Origin: Octopus sinensis
Lineage: Eukaryota
Direction: 5' to 3'
Assembly (NCBI RefSeq): GCF_006345805.1
Contig: NC_043002.1
Location: 108,562,001 to 108,626,000 of the forward strand
DNA length: 64,000 nucleotides
Shown here piece after piece: positions 22,183-34,577 of this stretch. The notes beneath the pieces are model-generated. The model was not told where the DNA came from. It made no database searches and worked only from the letters and a program-made list of their open reading frames with translations. The stretch's first letter is position 1. Every line of letters starts with the position of its first letter. Both the position numbers and the translations under genes were made by a program.

Positions 22183-24521
22183 CTGAAATTAGGAACAAAA
22201 AATTGGTTTGAGGGTTAATTCAGAACTGGTCAGACATCTTTTATGTAAATACAGGTCAACAGGAAGATTAAATTACTTTCTAGGAAATAGAGAAAAAAAT
22301 CAGTTGAGTGATGAGATACTGGGATGAAGCAATTTGTTTGAATGTAATTTAAGAATCCCTATTTTTTTGCTGTCTCCTTCATGCTTCCATGGGTCAGACA
22401 GAATTTGTTGAAGCAGATATTTTTCTATGTCTGGATGCTCTTCCTGTTGCCAACCCTCTCTTCTTTCCAGGAATGGTAATCTTTCCATTTCATAGATTGG
22501 AAATGAATGCCATTTGTTTATACTAATCGTGCAATGTTTAGACAAAGGACCCCTGCAAACACTCAAACATATGTGCAATGGGCTTCTTTCAGGTAATTTG
22601 GTGCCAACACCCTTCAGCCTCATTTCCTGGTGAGAAGTCTCCAACCCATTGTTTGTATGGAATACGGATGTTAAATGACGATGGAACAGACAAAAAGTTT
22701 GGTAGAGAGCAACAGTTAAGAGTTGAAGTATTTCCTGGCCTGTTGGGAAGGATGACACATTACAAGAGGATATAAATACTTGACGAAATATCAAGTAACT
22801 TTATACAACCGATTCATTTATGCTGCTGAGTCAAAAGAAATTAATAAAATCCATTTGTAAAAAGACAGAAAGAAGCACAACTGAAGAACTTACCAAATAG
22901 ACGGTGATATCTTCTTTACCAAGAATTTCTGCAGCAGCAGCGACACCACAAGCAGTTACTCCCTTATAACATACAGAAATTAAAGGCTTTTCAAAAGAAA
23001 CTCCAGAAGCTGCAAACACTGAATTGAAAAAATTAAAAAAAGAAAGAATTTAGAACAGCTCTACCAAATGTATTCTGATATGGTTGGTATTTGGTTATGA
23101 AGGTTGTTTCTTTGTTGAAGCATTGTTGTTGTGTAATCACTAAATTGAAAGGGGAAAATTGTAAAATTTAGTTATTTCTTACTTGCACATATGTATGTTC
23201 ACCGAGTCATGTTTCTATTCCCACATTTAATCTGGTTTCTCCTGAGCAATTATATGCTCAGGATTTGAAGAAAATTACATAGGACAAATCAGGGAATCCT
23301 TAAGACAACATATACACAGTGAACATATAGACATATGTGTGAATAAGAAACAACCAAACTTTACGATTTTCATCTTAATATCAATTTAGCGTTTACATAA
23401 CAACAATGCATCAACGAAGGAACAACCTTTATAACCAAATACCAATCACATCAAAATACCTGTAGTAGAGAGAGAGAGACAACAATAAGGTGGGCTAGAA
23501 TTTATAAATCGCTTATTAGTTATATTTCTTAATATGCTTAATTATATTGCTATTGTATTCTTTTACTCGTTTCAGTCATTTGACTGCAGCCATGCTGGAG
23601 CACTACCTTTAGTCGAGCAAATCCACCCCAGGACTTATTTTTTGTAAGCCTAGTACTTATTCTATCGGTCTTTCTTGCTGAACTGCTAAGTCCAATGAAA
23701 GCTAAGCAAGCTGAGACTTCCAAGTTACTGTCAATACTATTCTTTACTCTTTTACTTGTTTCAGTCATTTGACTGTGGCCATGCTGGAGCACAACCTTTA
23801 GTCGAGCAAATCGATCCCAGGACTTATTTTTTGTAAGCCTAGTACTTATTCTATCGGTCTTTCTTGCTGAACTGCTAAGTTACAGGGATGTAAACACACC
23901 AACATCAGTTATCAAGTGATGTTGGGGGAACAAAAAATACAAACATACATACATAGATTTATATGATGGGCTTCTTTCAGTTTCTGTCTACCAAATCCTC
24001 TCACAAGGCTTTGGTTGGCCCAAGCCTATAGTAGAAGACACTTGCCCACTTGTCTAATATGCATATTAATAAATATTAATATGCCATCATGGATTTTGAC
24101 CCCTGTACTACTAGTTAAGCCAACAAAATAACTACTACAACTGTAGCAACAACCATTTCTGCTGTTGCTGCTACCATCATGACCCAACAACAATCAGAAG
24201 AATGTGAAACACCAATACTAAGTGATTTCTGTGAGAAAAACATAGAAACTTCCAGAAATGACCACCACAGAAGGTGAATTTAATTTGTTCCAATTTATTT
24301 TTCTTTTATTCAGCAACTGAATTCAGCAGCATATTTTGATAGTGGCTGTGTGGTAAGAAGCTTGCTTCCTAGCCACATGGTTCTGGGTTCAGTCCCTCTG
24401 TGTGGCACCTTGGGCAAGTGTCTTCTACTATAGCCTCAGGCTGACCAAAGCCTTGTGAGTGGATTTGGTAGATGGAAACTGAAAGAAGCCCATCATATAT
24501 ATACATATATATATATACACT

Positions 24522-24562
<41 letters not shown>

Positions 24563-27500
24563 TACACACACACACATATATACAAGTATGTATTTGTGCG
24601 TCTGTGTTTGTCCCCACCATTGCTTGAGAACCCAAGTTGGTGTGTTCATGTTCCTGTATCTTAGTAGTAATAGAGTAAGTACTAGGCTTACAAAGAATAA
24701 TTCTTGGGGTTGATTTGTTTGACTAAAGGTGGTACTCCAGCATGGCCACAGTCAAATGACAAACAAGTAACTTATAAGAATTCTCGAATCATTTTCATTT
24801 AGTTTTATTAATATATACACAAACATGCACACACACACACACACAAACACACACACGTTTCTATTTACCAGATTTTGCACTTAAAGTATTGAACAAAGTC
24901 AGAATTATGGTAAAAATTATTTTCTCCGGTTGCTATGCAACAAGATGGAACTCGGAACCACAAGTTTGTGAAGTAAGTTCCATAACAAGACACCCATGCC
25001 TGGAGATTGTTTAAAAGCTGTTACTTAACTTTTGTCCCATGGTGGATCAGAGATAAATATATCCTTAAATAGATTATCAGTTTACCATTAAATAAAAAAA
25101 TTTTTTAGATGAAATGTTAAAGAGTTCATCCACGTTCTTTGGAGTGATACAGATTTCAAGAAAATTCTGTTTCCATATATAGGTTTTGTTGTTGTTTTAG
25201 GACAAAAGAAAAAAGATTATTCAATAAAACTATCTGAAAATGTTAATACATTCTCATTAAAGTATGTAACTCACATTCTTTTAGTTCAGCCTTTGACTTC
25301 ATGGTACCATCTGGTTTGAATAGTGTTGAATATGGTAAATTCTTGGAGTGAGGAATGTGACCTAACAAATAAAACAAATATAAATTAATAGTTCAAGGGG
25401 CAAAACTATTCCATTTGCAATTTACAGTAAATCATACATTATCACCATTATTATTAATTAATTTTTGGCTTCCATGCTGGAGCAGGTTGGATGGTTTGAC
25501 AGGATCTGACAAAGTGAAAGACAGCATCATATGCCTACGTCTACCATAGCTTAGTCTCTATGCGAACCAGTTTACAGAGTGTAGTGGGTGGTTTTTGCAT
25601 GGTACTAACACTAGAGAAGATTGGTTCATAACTTGCAAGGCTAAGGGACTAAACTGGCACCTGTAACCAAGGAATAATAGAAAAGATGAGAAAGGGAGAG
25701 AGAGAAAGAGAGTGTGGATAATGATTTTAGGTGGAAGATAAAGGAGAGAAAGTAAGGTTAGAGAAGGGGAGTTGTGGTTGTGATAATGTGGTGGAGGAGA
25801 GAACCACAGAGGATAAGAATATACACTGATTGGAGGGAGGACTTAGGATCAGGGGTTATTGAGAAAAGGGAGGGAGAGATTACTTATTTTTCTGTCTGCC
25901 GAGAACCACTTGTCAACCTTTTAACCATTCCTTATCTCTGTCTTTTATTCTCCCAAATACCATTCCATACAGAGAAATGAACATTAAAAGAGTGTTAAAG
26001 AGGAAACGATGCCCAAGTGCATCAGGGGTAGCGCTTGTGAATTTCAAGAAGCAGGGAATCTTTGAAGGATGCAGTGTCATGACAACTAACAACTGATGTG
26101 GGTAGTTTATTCCATGTTTTGAAAATTCTAAGCATGAAAGCCATGGATGCTGCAGTTTATTTTATTTAATAAGCATGTCCACAGATTAGTAGTTGTTTCT
26201 TAGTAACATGTGGTAGAAGTTAGTTGTTATGTGGAGTAAAAAGAAAATGACTTCATCATCATCGTTTTCCATGCTGGCATGGGTTGGATGATCTGACTGG
26301 AGATTGGCAAGGTTTCTACAGCTGGATGCTCTTCCTAATGCCAACCACTCCAAGAGTGTAGTGGGTGCTTTTTATGTGCCACCAGCATGGGAGCCAGTCA
26401 GGTGGCACTGGCATCAACCACAATCTGATGCTGCCTTTTACATGCCACCGGCACAGGGAGCCAGTCAGGCTGCACTGGCATTGGCCCACGCTTGACTGGT
26501 GCTTATTACATGTCACTAGCATGGGTGCCAGTCAGGCTGCACTGGCATCAGTCACAACTACAATTTACATTTTGATTTCGATTTTGGTTTACTTTTGATT
26601 TTGATTTTCAGATGCCAAAAACAGCTGATGCCAAATGGGTTTTTACACTGAATTGATGGAACCAAAAATGGCAGCACAAAATCTATTTGCAACCAAATGT
26701 CTGTAACTCAATGCTGGTGTTTAGCACCAAGGTTAACCCCAATGAAGCAGATTTATTATAATCTACCCAGGACATGCATTGTGTGCATTTGCAGAGCATT
26801 GATGAAACTACAACAGGTCTTCTTGACCAACCGTGTCTTCATTCTGTGTTTTCTTGACAGAAACATTGTGGTGGTTTTCCATTGCCTTCTCCCACCCGGG
26901 TGGCTGTTGGATCATATGGAGCTCATCCGCCCTTCAGCAGGTCTTATGTTTAGTCCTGTCGGTTGTCCAGACACCCTCCTCACAGGAGTTATTCAAGTGG
27001 GGAAGCTAGTTTAGTGGATGACCACTTGACCATGGAACAAGTAGCAATTGTTTACATGGTACCAGTAACAGGTCTCATCAGCCTGTGATGAGATCCCTGA
27101 CCTGACTCTACCTAAGAAAAAAAAAAGAATACCCCTTGAAGAACTTTTTACTTTCTTGATAACAGAAGAGCAATTTTTGATAAACTACAAAGAACTCTTT
27201 TATCCAAAAATTCTTTTATTATTAGGAAAGTAAAGAGATCTTCAAAGGAGATTTGACCATTTTTCTCTTTTCTTCATCTACCTGTGTAGATGCTTGTTTG
27301 TTGACATGGTGATGGTGATGGTGATGAGGATGGGGGTGATGGTATAGAGGAGGAAGAGGATGTTAAATCTTTAAGAATCTTTGGATTATCAATGATGCCA
27401 TACAGATATTGTACTGTTTAGGTCTGGGAATGCCATGAAACATCCTAACAGTTACGTTAGCAATCCTAAAAAAAAAAAAAAAACCAATGTTCTAGAGACA

Positions 27501-30099
27501 TACCATTATTATCTTTAGGATTTCCATGGAAATGTTCAGAAGCACGACAGTCGACAACTTTTTCAGTTTGGGTTTCCTGATTTTTTGCCACTTCTTCAAA
27601 GGACCTAAAACGTTTTGGCTCAAGATGAATCTCAAAGTTGCATTTCTAGAAAATTCAAAGAGGATGAGGAATTTATTTGTAAATCTCAGAAAAAAGTACC
27701 AATCATTAAATGGAACAAGAACATTCTCTTTTCTTTTATTTGTTTCAGTCATTTGACTGTGGCCATGCTGGAGCACTGCCTTTAGTCGAGCAAATCAATC
27801 CCAGGACTTATTATTTGTAAACCTTGTACTCATTCTATCAGTCTCTTTTGCTGAAGTGCTGAGTTATGGGGACGTAAACACACCAGCATCAGTTGTCAAG
27901 CAATGTTGGGGAAACAAACACTGACACACAAACATAAACACACACTTACATATATATATATATATATATATCATCATCATCATCATCATCATCATCATTT
28001 AACGTCTCTTTTCCATGCTGGCATGGGTTGGACGGCTTGACTGTGGACTGACAATCTGATCTGGCAAGGTTTCTACAGTTGGATGCTCTTCCTAATGCCA
28101 ACCACTCTGAGAGTGTAGTGGGTGATTTTTACATGCCATCAGGATGGGAGCCAGTCAGGCGGAACTGGCAACGACCCATGCATGAATGGTGCTTATTGCA
28201 TGCCACCAGCACAAGAGCCAGACAGGTGGCACTGGCATCAGCCACAACTATAATTTCCATTTGATTTGATTTTAATTTTACTTGACTCAATAGGTCTCCT
28301 CAAGCATGGAATGTCACCTGATGATTCAAAGGTACTTTTTAAATGGGCTGGTTATGCAACACTGGTGTAGGCTATGATCTCACTTTATTTGCTGGGTCTT
28401 CTCAATTACAACATATTTAGGAAGGGCATCCAGCTGTAGAAACCTTTCCAGATCAGATTGGAGCCTAGTGCAGCCTACTGACTTGACAGTCCTCAGTCAC
28501 CTAGGTAGCAAAGATATCAATTACTTCTAGTTTCTCCCCCTGGCATGTGCTGGAATCAGTTTTCTGAGCATCCGTGGTGTTTATTGCCCATATGACAGGC
28601 TTCTTTCAGTTTCCGTCTACCAAATCCACTCACAAGGCTTTGATCAGCCTGAGGCTATAGTAGAAAACACTTGCCCAAGGTGCCATGCACCGGGACTGAA
28701 CCGGGAACTATGTTGTTGGTAAGCAAGCTACTTACCACACAGCCAAATATTTTTAGTTAATGAATTTTAAAAAATGGATTTTAGTTTGTTTTTTGTAAAT
28801 TCTGTAATCACCAGGTGGCTACTGTAAATATATTCCAGATTTTGAGGCCACAGAAATATTTTTCATTTAACAAATGTTCTTTTGAGAATATTTGAGTCAA
28901 TTTACTTGTTTTTTAGGAAGAGCAAAGAGTGATTTGAAGGTGATTTGGCTGCTATTTCAACCAGGTTAAGCAGCTGTATGTTATTCCTTGTTCCAAGAAA
29001 CATCTCACAGACACTCTGGGATGCATTATCAGTAATGTTTCTGGGGTCTGGGACGGGGCCGGGGTTAGTGTCTTAATGCCACACTCCACCCACCCCTCAC
29101 CCATCTGACCCAGTTGGGATTTACCAAATCCTAGCTTACATCTCAATAACAGCAAAACATTGGTCTGCTCTTTATCTCAAGTCACCTAGTGGCCTCTTCT
29201 GCAGCTTCGGCGTCAGAATTTCTGGCCCTTGTCTTTGCTGCACTAATAACTCAGAGACTTGCCAAACGAATGCCCCGTAAAACCTTGGCAGCCCACTTCA
29301 CTTGCCTCATAGTGTGTGTCTCCTGCCAGCCTTGGTTTCTACACTGTTCTCCCAGCCCCTGGTATATGATCACCTGTTTGGCAGAATATGAGAAGATCAA
29401 CATAACAGGGCAGTGACATTGGTACGGTGTGTTCTAGGAAGTTGAACAAAATCTGCTCTCAGCTACCCAGGACATGATGGTGGTTGAGGTTTCTGTGAAT
29501 TGGACATCTCTTCAGCTTTGAGAAATGTGACAACCTCCTTTCATGAGGTGTGTGTGTGGTATTCATCAGACTTAATGGCTGTTATTGCTTCTACAACCGT
29601 CTTGAATACCTGATTATGGCACTAAGAGTGGCATCCATTGGCTACAGTTCAGAGGCAGCTGCTGAGGAGATGTCGAAGGGAGCTTTGTAACAATAAACAT
29701 GGTTAAATTCAAATTACAATGAAAGTAAACAAAGTTTGCTTTAGAAGTGTTGAGATGTATTCAAAGATACAGAAATAATTTTATTTTCAAACGCAGGATA
29801 ATGCTAATAATATGGTATGAAGAACCCATATTTTGCAGAAAAATGTGTCGAAGGTAAAATATGGGTAGTTTATTCTGTTCATGCTATATTATTAGCATTA
29901 TCCTGCGTTTGAAAATAAAATTATTTCCTTATCCATAGGCGCAGGAGTGGCTGTGTGGTAAGCAGCTAGCTTACCAACCACATAGTCCCAGGTTCAGTCC
30001 CACTGCGTGGTACATTGGGCAAGTGTCTTCTACTATAGCCTTGGGCTGACTAAAGCCTTGTGAGTGGATTTGGTAGACGGAAACTGAAAGAAGCCTGTC

Positions 30100-30158
<59 letters not shown>

Positions 30159-33100
30159 CATACATATATATATATATATATATACATACATATATATATA
30201 TATATACATACATATATATATACATACATACATATATATATACATACATACATATATATATATACATACATATATATATATACATACATATATATATATA
30301 CATATATATATATGTATGTATATGTATATATATATATATGTATGTGTGTGTATATGTTTGTGTGTCTGTGTTTGTCTCCCACAATTGCTAGACAAACGAT
30401 GCTGGTGTGTTTACATCCTCGTAATTTAGCGGTTCAGCAAAAGAGACCAATAGAATAAGTACTAGGCTTACAAAGAATAAGCTCTGGGGTCGATTTGTTT
30501 GACTAAAGGTGGTGCTCCAGCATGGCCGCAGTCAAATGACTGAAACCAGTAAAAGAGTTCTCTTTCAATAAGCATGGTGTTATAGGAATCCTTCTGTTAA
30601 TAACCCCTTGTATAAACACTGGGCTTTGGGGGTTGCGTTCCCAAAGAATGAGATTTATTTAGAAAATTCCAGAAAACAATGCAGAAAATATCAAGTTCTT
30701 ACCTCGTGTGTCGTCGGTTTTGCTGTCACTTCATAGTTATCAGCAATCCACTTGGCCATTCCTCCATCTAACAGTGATACAGCAGAGTGACCAAGGTACT
30801 GAAAAGTCAAAGAATGATATTGATTATTGGTGACTAAGCACAAAGTAAACAGTTTAGAGTTGTGGCCTTCATGCCTTTTACAACATTGTTAGCCCTTTCG
30901 TTCTTTCAATTAATTTTAAATATAACAAAGAATTTAGTAAAAAACTTAGTTATCATTCAGCTAGTGTTAGGAACATAAATTGTGACAAAGGTTTGGTGGA
31001 AGATTTTAATTTAAAACTTATGGAAACCAGACGTTTGTACTCAGAGATAGAACCGGTTTCTGCTGGGTTGGTAACGAAAGGGTTAATGGTATAAGAGAAA
31101 TGGGATGGCTTTAACTGACAAGGAAGGAAACAATTACTGATTGAACGTTTATTTCTGTTTTTCTTTTTTGAAGATTGGTATTTATGTAATATTGTGTGTG
31201 TACATACATACACATATGTAAAATCATTAACCTCACACACACACGTAATTATGCATATACTTATATTTTTAATCAAATCATGACCCCTGCTGAGTACCTT
31301 GATCATCAGGTGATATGCTGCACTTGAGAAGACCTACTGAGTCAAGTAAAATCACAATGGAAATCATAGTTGTGGCCAATGCCAGTGCCACCTGACTGGG
31401 TCCCCATGCTGGTGGCATGTAAAAAGCACCATCCAAACATGGTCAATGCTAGTGCTGCCATGGTTGTGGCATATAAAAAGCACCCACTACACTCTCAGAG
31501 TGGTTGGCATTAGGAAGGGCATCCAGCTGTAGAAAACTTGCCAGATCAGATTGGAGCCTAGTGCAGCCTACTGGCTTGCCAGTCCTCAGTCAAACTGTCC
31601 AACCCATGCCAGCACGGAAAGCGGACGTTAAACGATGATGATGATACAGTGTAACTAGATAAAGATTCAGTTGATATTTCTAGCATGTCAAACATTATTT
31701 GCTGAAACTCTTCAATCCCACATTGTAGGCCTGACCTGATTAAACAGAGTTATGAGTAAAAACATTCCAGCCATGACCATGCAGGCTTTTGAAGAATATT
31801 TCAGACAATAACAAAATTATCTAATGTGTCCTCCTTTGCTTTGAATAAAAGAATGTGATTTGGGAGAGATTTAAGTGCTATGTCTAGTGGCTGCATGGGT
31901 TGGCTCTTAAGTGAAACTTGATCAAGTAGCGCTATGAGCAAAAACACTCCAGCTATGACCATCCTGTTCTTTTAGGGGTTAGTAAGGCCACATCATTTAA
32001 GGTGCCTTTCCTTTATTATGAAAATAGGGTACAATCTGAGAAAAATTTGGTTGCTATTTCTAGTTTGTGGAAGTGTTCTCAGTTATGGTCTCTGTATCGA
32101 TGTAACATAAGAATATAAGAAGAAAGAATCAGAAAGTTTGAAACAGGGTCAGGCATGGCTGTGTGGTAAGTAGCTTGCTTACCAACCACATGGTTCCGGG
32201 TTCAGTCCCACTGCATGGCACCTTGGGTCAGTGTCAGCCTCAGGCTGACGAAAGCCTTGTGAGTGGATTTGATAGATGGAAACTGAAAGAAGCACGTCGT
32301 ATATGTGTGTGTGTGTGTGTGTGTCGCCCCATCATTGCTTCACAAATAATGTTGGTGTGTTTATGTTCCTGTAACTTAGTGGTTCAGCAAAAGAGACCGA
32401 TAGGGGAAGTACGAGGCTCACAAAGAATAAGTCCTGGGGTCAATTTGTTCAGATGGGGTCGATTTGTTCATATGACTAAAAGGAATAAAGGAATACCTAC
32501 CTTAAACATCCACCAGGCTCGGAATGCTGAGCTGTTATTTTGCTGATCATAAACGATAATATAATTCTTATTTGAAATTCCCAAACTTCCAATGTATTCA
32601 CTTAAACAATTTGTATCTGGTAAGCTGAATGGTACATATTTAGTGGGGGTATTGCACTGGTTCAGATCAAAGTAGATGGATCCAGGAATATGTTGCCTGG
32701 GGCAAAGAAATTGTAAGATCACTGTTACAATGTGTGTTTGGGTGTAACGCTTTTAACAGCCTTAACTATGGAATGGAACTGAAGATCTAATTGAAATTTT
32801 TTTACAGTGAAACAAGTCTGAGGGTTATGTGTCTAATAATCTTAATGAAACAAAATTGAAGACAAGATCAAATTATTCGACATAAAAAACAAGTTTGCGT
32901 GTTGTGGTTTAAACAAACTCAACTATGGAATGAAATTAAAGACAATCAAAATATTTAATGCAATGAAACAATGTTATGAAGATTTATAAATCCATGCTTC
33001 ATAAATGAAATAAAATTAACAAAACATGAAATTTCCATAGGTATTTCTTCTGACTCCTTATGTTCTGGGTTCAAATTCCACAAGGCTGACTTTGTCTTTC

Positions 33101-34577
33101 ATTCTTTCAAGGTCAATAAATTAAGCACAGTGAAGCTCTGGTGTTGAAGTAATCGCCTAAAACCTTCCCCTAAAATTTCAGGCTTTGTGCCTATAGTAGA
33201 AAGGATTATTATTATTATTATTATTATTATCATTATTATTATTATAATGAATTAATTAATTACTTAAACTCCTAAAAAATATTTTATTTAAGCAACCTGC
33301 CAAAGAGACACGTAATTTTTTAGAAGCCCATGAAGTAGACTCTGTGGTTTCTTGATGTATCATAAATAGCAGTCAACTCTGTGTGACATCACACTGCCTT
33401 GCTCTCCATTGGTTATGATGATGAGGGTTGAAATTAACATGCAAGTGGCTGAGTACTCCACAGACACATGTGCCCGTACTGTAGTTCTCAGAGAGACAGT
33501 TCGCAGCATGACAAGCCTGGCCTTTTGAAATCCAGTTATGACTCATTTTCACCAGATGAGTGGACAGGAGCAACGAGAAATCAATTGTCTTGCTCAAGGA
33601 TACAGAGGTGGGGCTGGTAATTGAACTCATGACTGAGAACCCTAGCCCCTGGAAGCCCTAGCCACTGAATACAATAGCTACTAAGGTGGTGAACTGATAC
33701 AATAGTTTGCATGTTGGGCAAAAGGTCTCAATGCATTTCGTCTGTCTTTACATTCTGAGTTCAAATTCCACAGAGGCTGACTATGCCTTTCGTCCTTTTG
33801 GAGTTGATAAAATAAGTACCAGTTACACACTGAGGTCAAAGCGATAGACATCACAGTGCAATGTCTTAAAGAAAAAGGAAAGTGACACTGGAAAAAGTAA
33901 TATTTAATATACAATAAACGATGAATAGGCGCAGGAGTGGCTGTGTGGTAAGTAGCTAGTTTACCAACCACATGGTTCCAGGTCCAGTCCCACTGCGTGG
34001 CACCTTGGGCAAGTGTCTTCTACTATAGTCTCGGGCCGACCAAAGCCTTGTGAGTGGATTTGGTAGACGGAAACTGAAAGAAGCCTGTCGTATATATGTA
34101 TATATAGGCGTGTGTGTGTTAGTGTGTCTGTGTTTGTCCCCCTAGCATTGCTTGACAACCGATGCTGGTGTGTTTATGTCCCCGTTACTTAGCGGTTTGG
34201 CAAAAGAGACCAATAGAATAAGTACTGGGCTTATAAAAGAATAAGTCTTGGGGTCGAGTTGCTCGACTAAAGGCGGTGCTCCAGCATGGCCGTAGTCAAA
34301 TGACTGAAACAAGTAAAAGAGTAAAAAAGAGAGAGAGAGATGTGTTTGAGAATCTGTCTGGTCAAAGATAACTGATAAGGCAGTTAGCAACAACAAAGAA
34401 TAAATAAAACAAGAACATCTCAACTTACTTCTTGTAGAACATCTCGTAGCCAACACCAGGCTTTTTCATATGAGCCCAAGAAACATCTAGAACACGAAGT
34501 TTGTCTGCAGACGATGATGACAAACAATCCTTCAGCCAATTAGTTGATACAAGAGTTCCAACTTTAGTAATCCGCAT
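22132..34577 (-). CDS. TST/MPST-like: Thiosulfate/3-mercaptopyruvate sulfurtransferase-like (tandem rhodanese domains), 7 coding exons, 846 nt, 281 aa
   Basis: Spliced translation [17 protein letters not shown]...LRVLDVSW...[10 protein letters not shown]...IIVYD...[24 protein letters not shown]...VVDCR...[11 protein letters not shown]...[13 protein letters not shown]...VYLGSWHEW...DIV*. The LVS..WL, LD.SW, HIPG..F, R.WW, LDGG..W, GHIP, C..GVTAC and GSW.EW motifs occur in family order. Exon lengths are 149+196+96+142+87+125+51, with GT-AG introns and matching phases. Confidence 0.95.
22894..23018 (-). CDS. TST/MPST-like: Coding exon 6, catalytic loop CYKGVT (Cys codon 22971-22969)
   Basis: Acceptor ttttcaattcag, donor TTG/gtaagt; [42 protein letters not shown]. 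Confidence 0.95.
23059..23470. mobile_element. Fold-back MITE-like element with ~155-bp diverged inverted arms
   Basis: ttggtatttggttatgaaggttgtttctttgttgaagcattgttgtt pairs with aacaacaatgcatcaacgaaggaacaacctttataaccaaataccaa. Confidence 0.75.
23560..24050 (-). mobile_element. SINE family A with a tandem partial duplication of its 3' part
   Basis: The tail segment gtttcagtcatttgactg...gaactgctaagt occurs twice (~23560-23690 and ~23745-23880). Confidence 0.8.
24340..24770 (+). mobile_element. SINE family A
   Basis: Head gtggctgtgtggtaagaag...gggttcagtccc and core gcaccttgggcaagtg. Confidence 0.85.
25275..25361 (-). CDS. TST/MPST-like: Coding exon 5 ([29 protein letters not shown])
   Basis: Acceptor ttttatttgttag, donor T/gtgagt; phase 1 to phase 1. 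Confidence 0.94.
27504..27645 (-). CDS. TST/MPST-like: Coding exon 4 (KCNFEIHL...[18 protein letters not shown])
   Basis: Acceptor gaattttctag, donor G/gtatgt; phase 0 to phase 1; contains the VVD.R motif. Confidence 0.9.
27725..27950 (-). mobile_element. SINE family A 3' half (5' half at ~28590-28745), split by an RTE-tail-type repeat at ~27970-28500
   Basis: Family A tail and head are separated by a (CAT)n-tailed repeat also seen at 26255, 31320, 40470, 43295, 56100 and 61070. Confidence 0.7.
29772..29927. repeat. Near-perfect palindrome (~48-bp arms) enclosing a partial hammerhead-like motif
   Basis: gaaataattttattttcaaacgcaggataatgctaataatat / atattattagcattatcctgcgtttgaaaataaaattatttc; inner TGAAGA-acccatatttt...aaaatatgggt. 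Confidence 0.8.
29937..30560 (+). mobile_element. SINE family A with an expanded internal (TA/TACA)n tract
   Basis: Full head and tail; ~250-bp microsatellite at 30100-30355. Confidence 0.87.
30703..30798 (-). CDS. TST/MPST-like: Coding exon 3 ([32 protein letters not shown])
   Basis: Acceptor gacttttcag, donor GAG/gtaaga; phase 0 to phase 0. Confidence 0.95.
30893..31082. mobile_element. piggyBac-like MITE
   Basis: TIR ccctttcgtt / aacgaaaggg; flanks TTAG (decayed) and TTAA. Confidence 0.75.
32150..32490 (+). mobile_element. SINE family A abutting the exon 2 donor
   Basis: Head ggcatggctgtgtggtaagtagc; ends immediately before the donor at 32495-32500. Confidence 0.8.
32501..32696 (-). CDS. 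TST/MPST-like: Coding exon 2 ([14 protein letters not shown]...RAWWMFK)
   Basis: Acceptor ctttgccccag, donor AAG/gtaggt; phase 2 to phase 0. Confidence 0.95.
33928..34330 (+). mobile_element. SINE family A
   Basis: Full-length; close to the copies at 9530 and 44077. Confidence 0.87.
34429..34577 (-). CDS. TST/MPST-like: Coding exon 1 (ATG at 34577; exon acceptor boundary at 34592)
   Basis: ctttgcag/TTTTAATCAGAAAGC-ATG with an in-frame TAA upstream of the ATG; [34 protein letters not shown]...; donor AA/gtaagt. Confidence 0.93.

Noticed and set aside
28890-29690. Possible additional exon or LINE ORF1 fragment in intron 3
   Set aside because: Higher GC content but multiple stops. Exons 3 and 4 already join in phase with family-typical spacing, and the stretch is too degenerate to classify.
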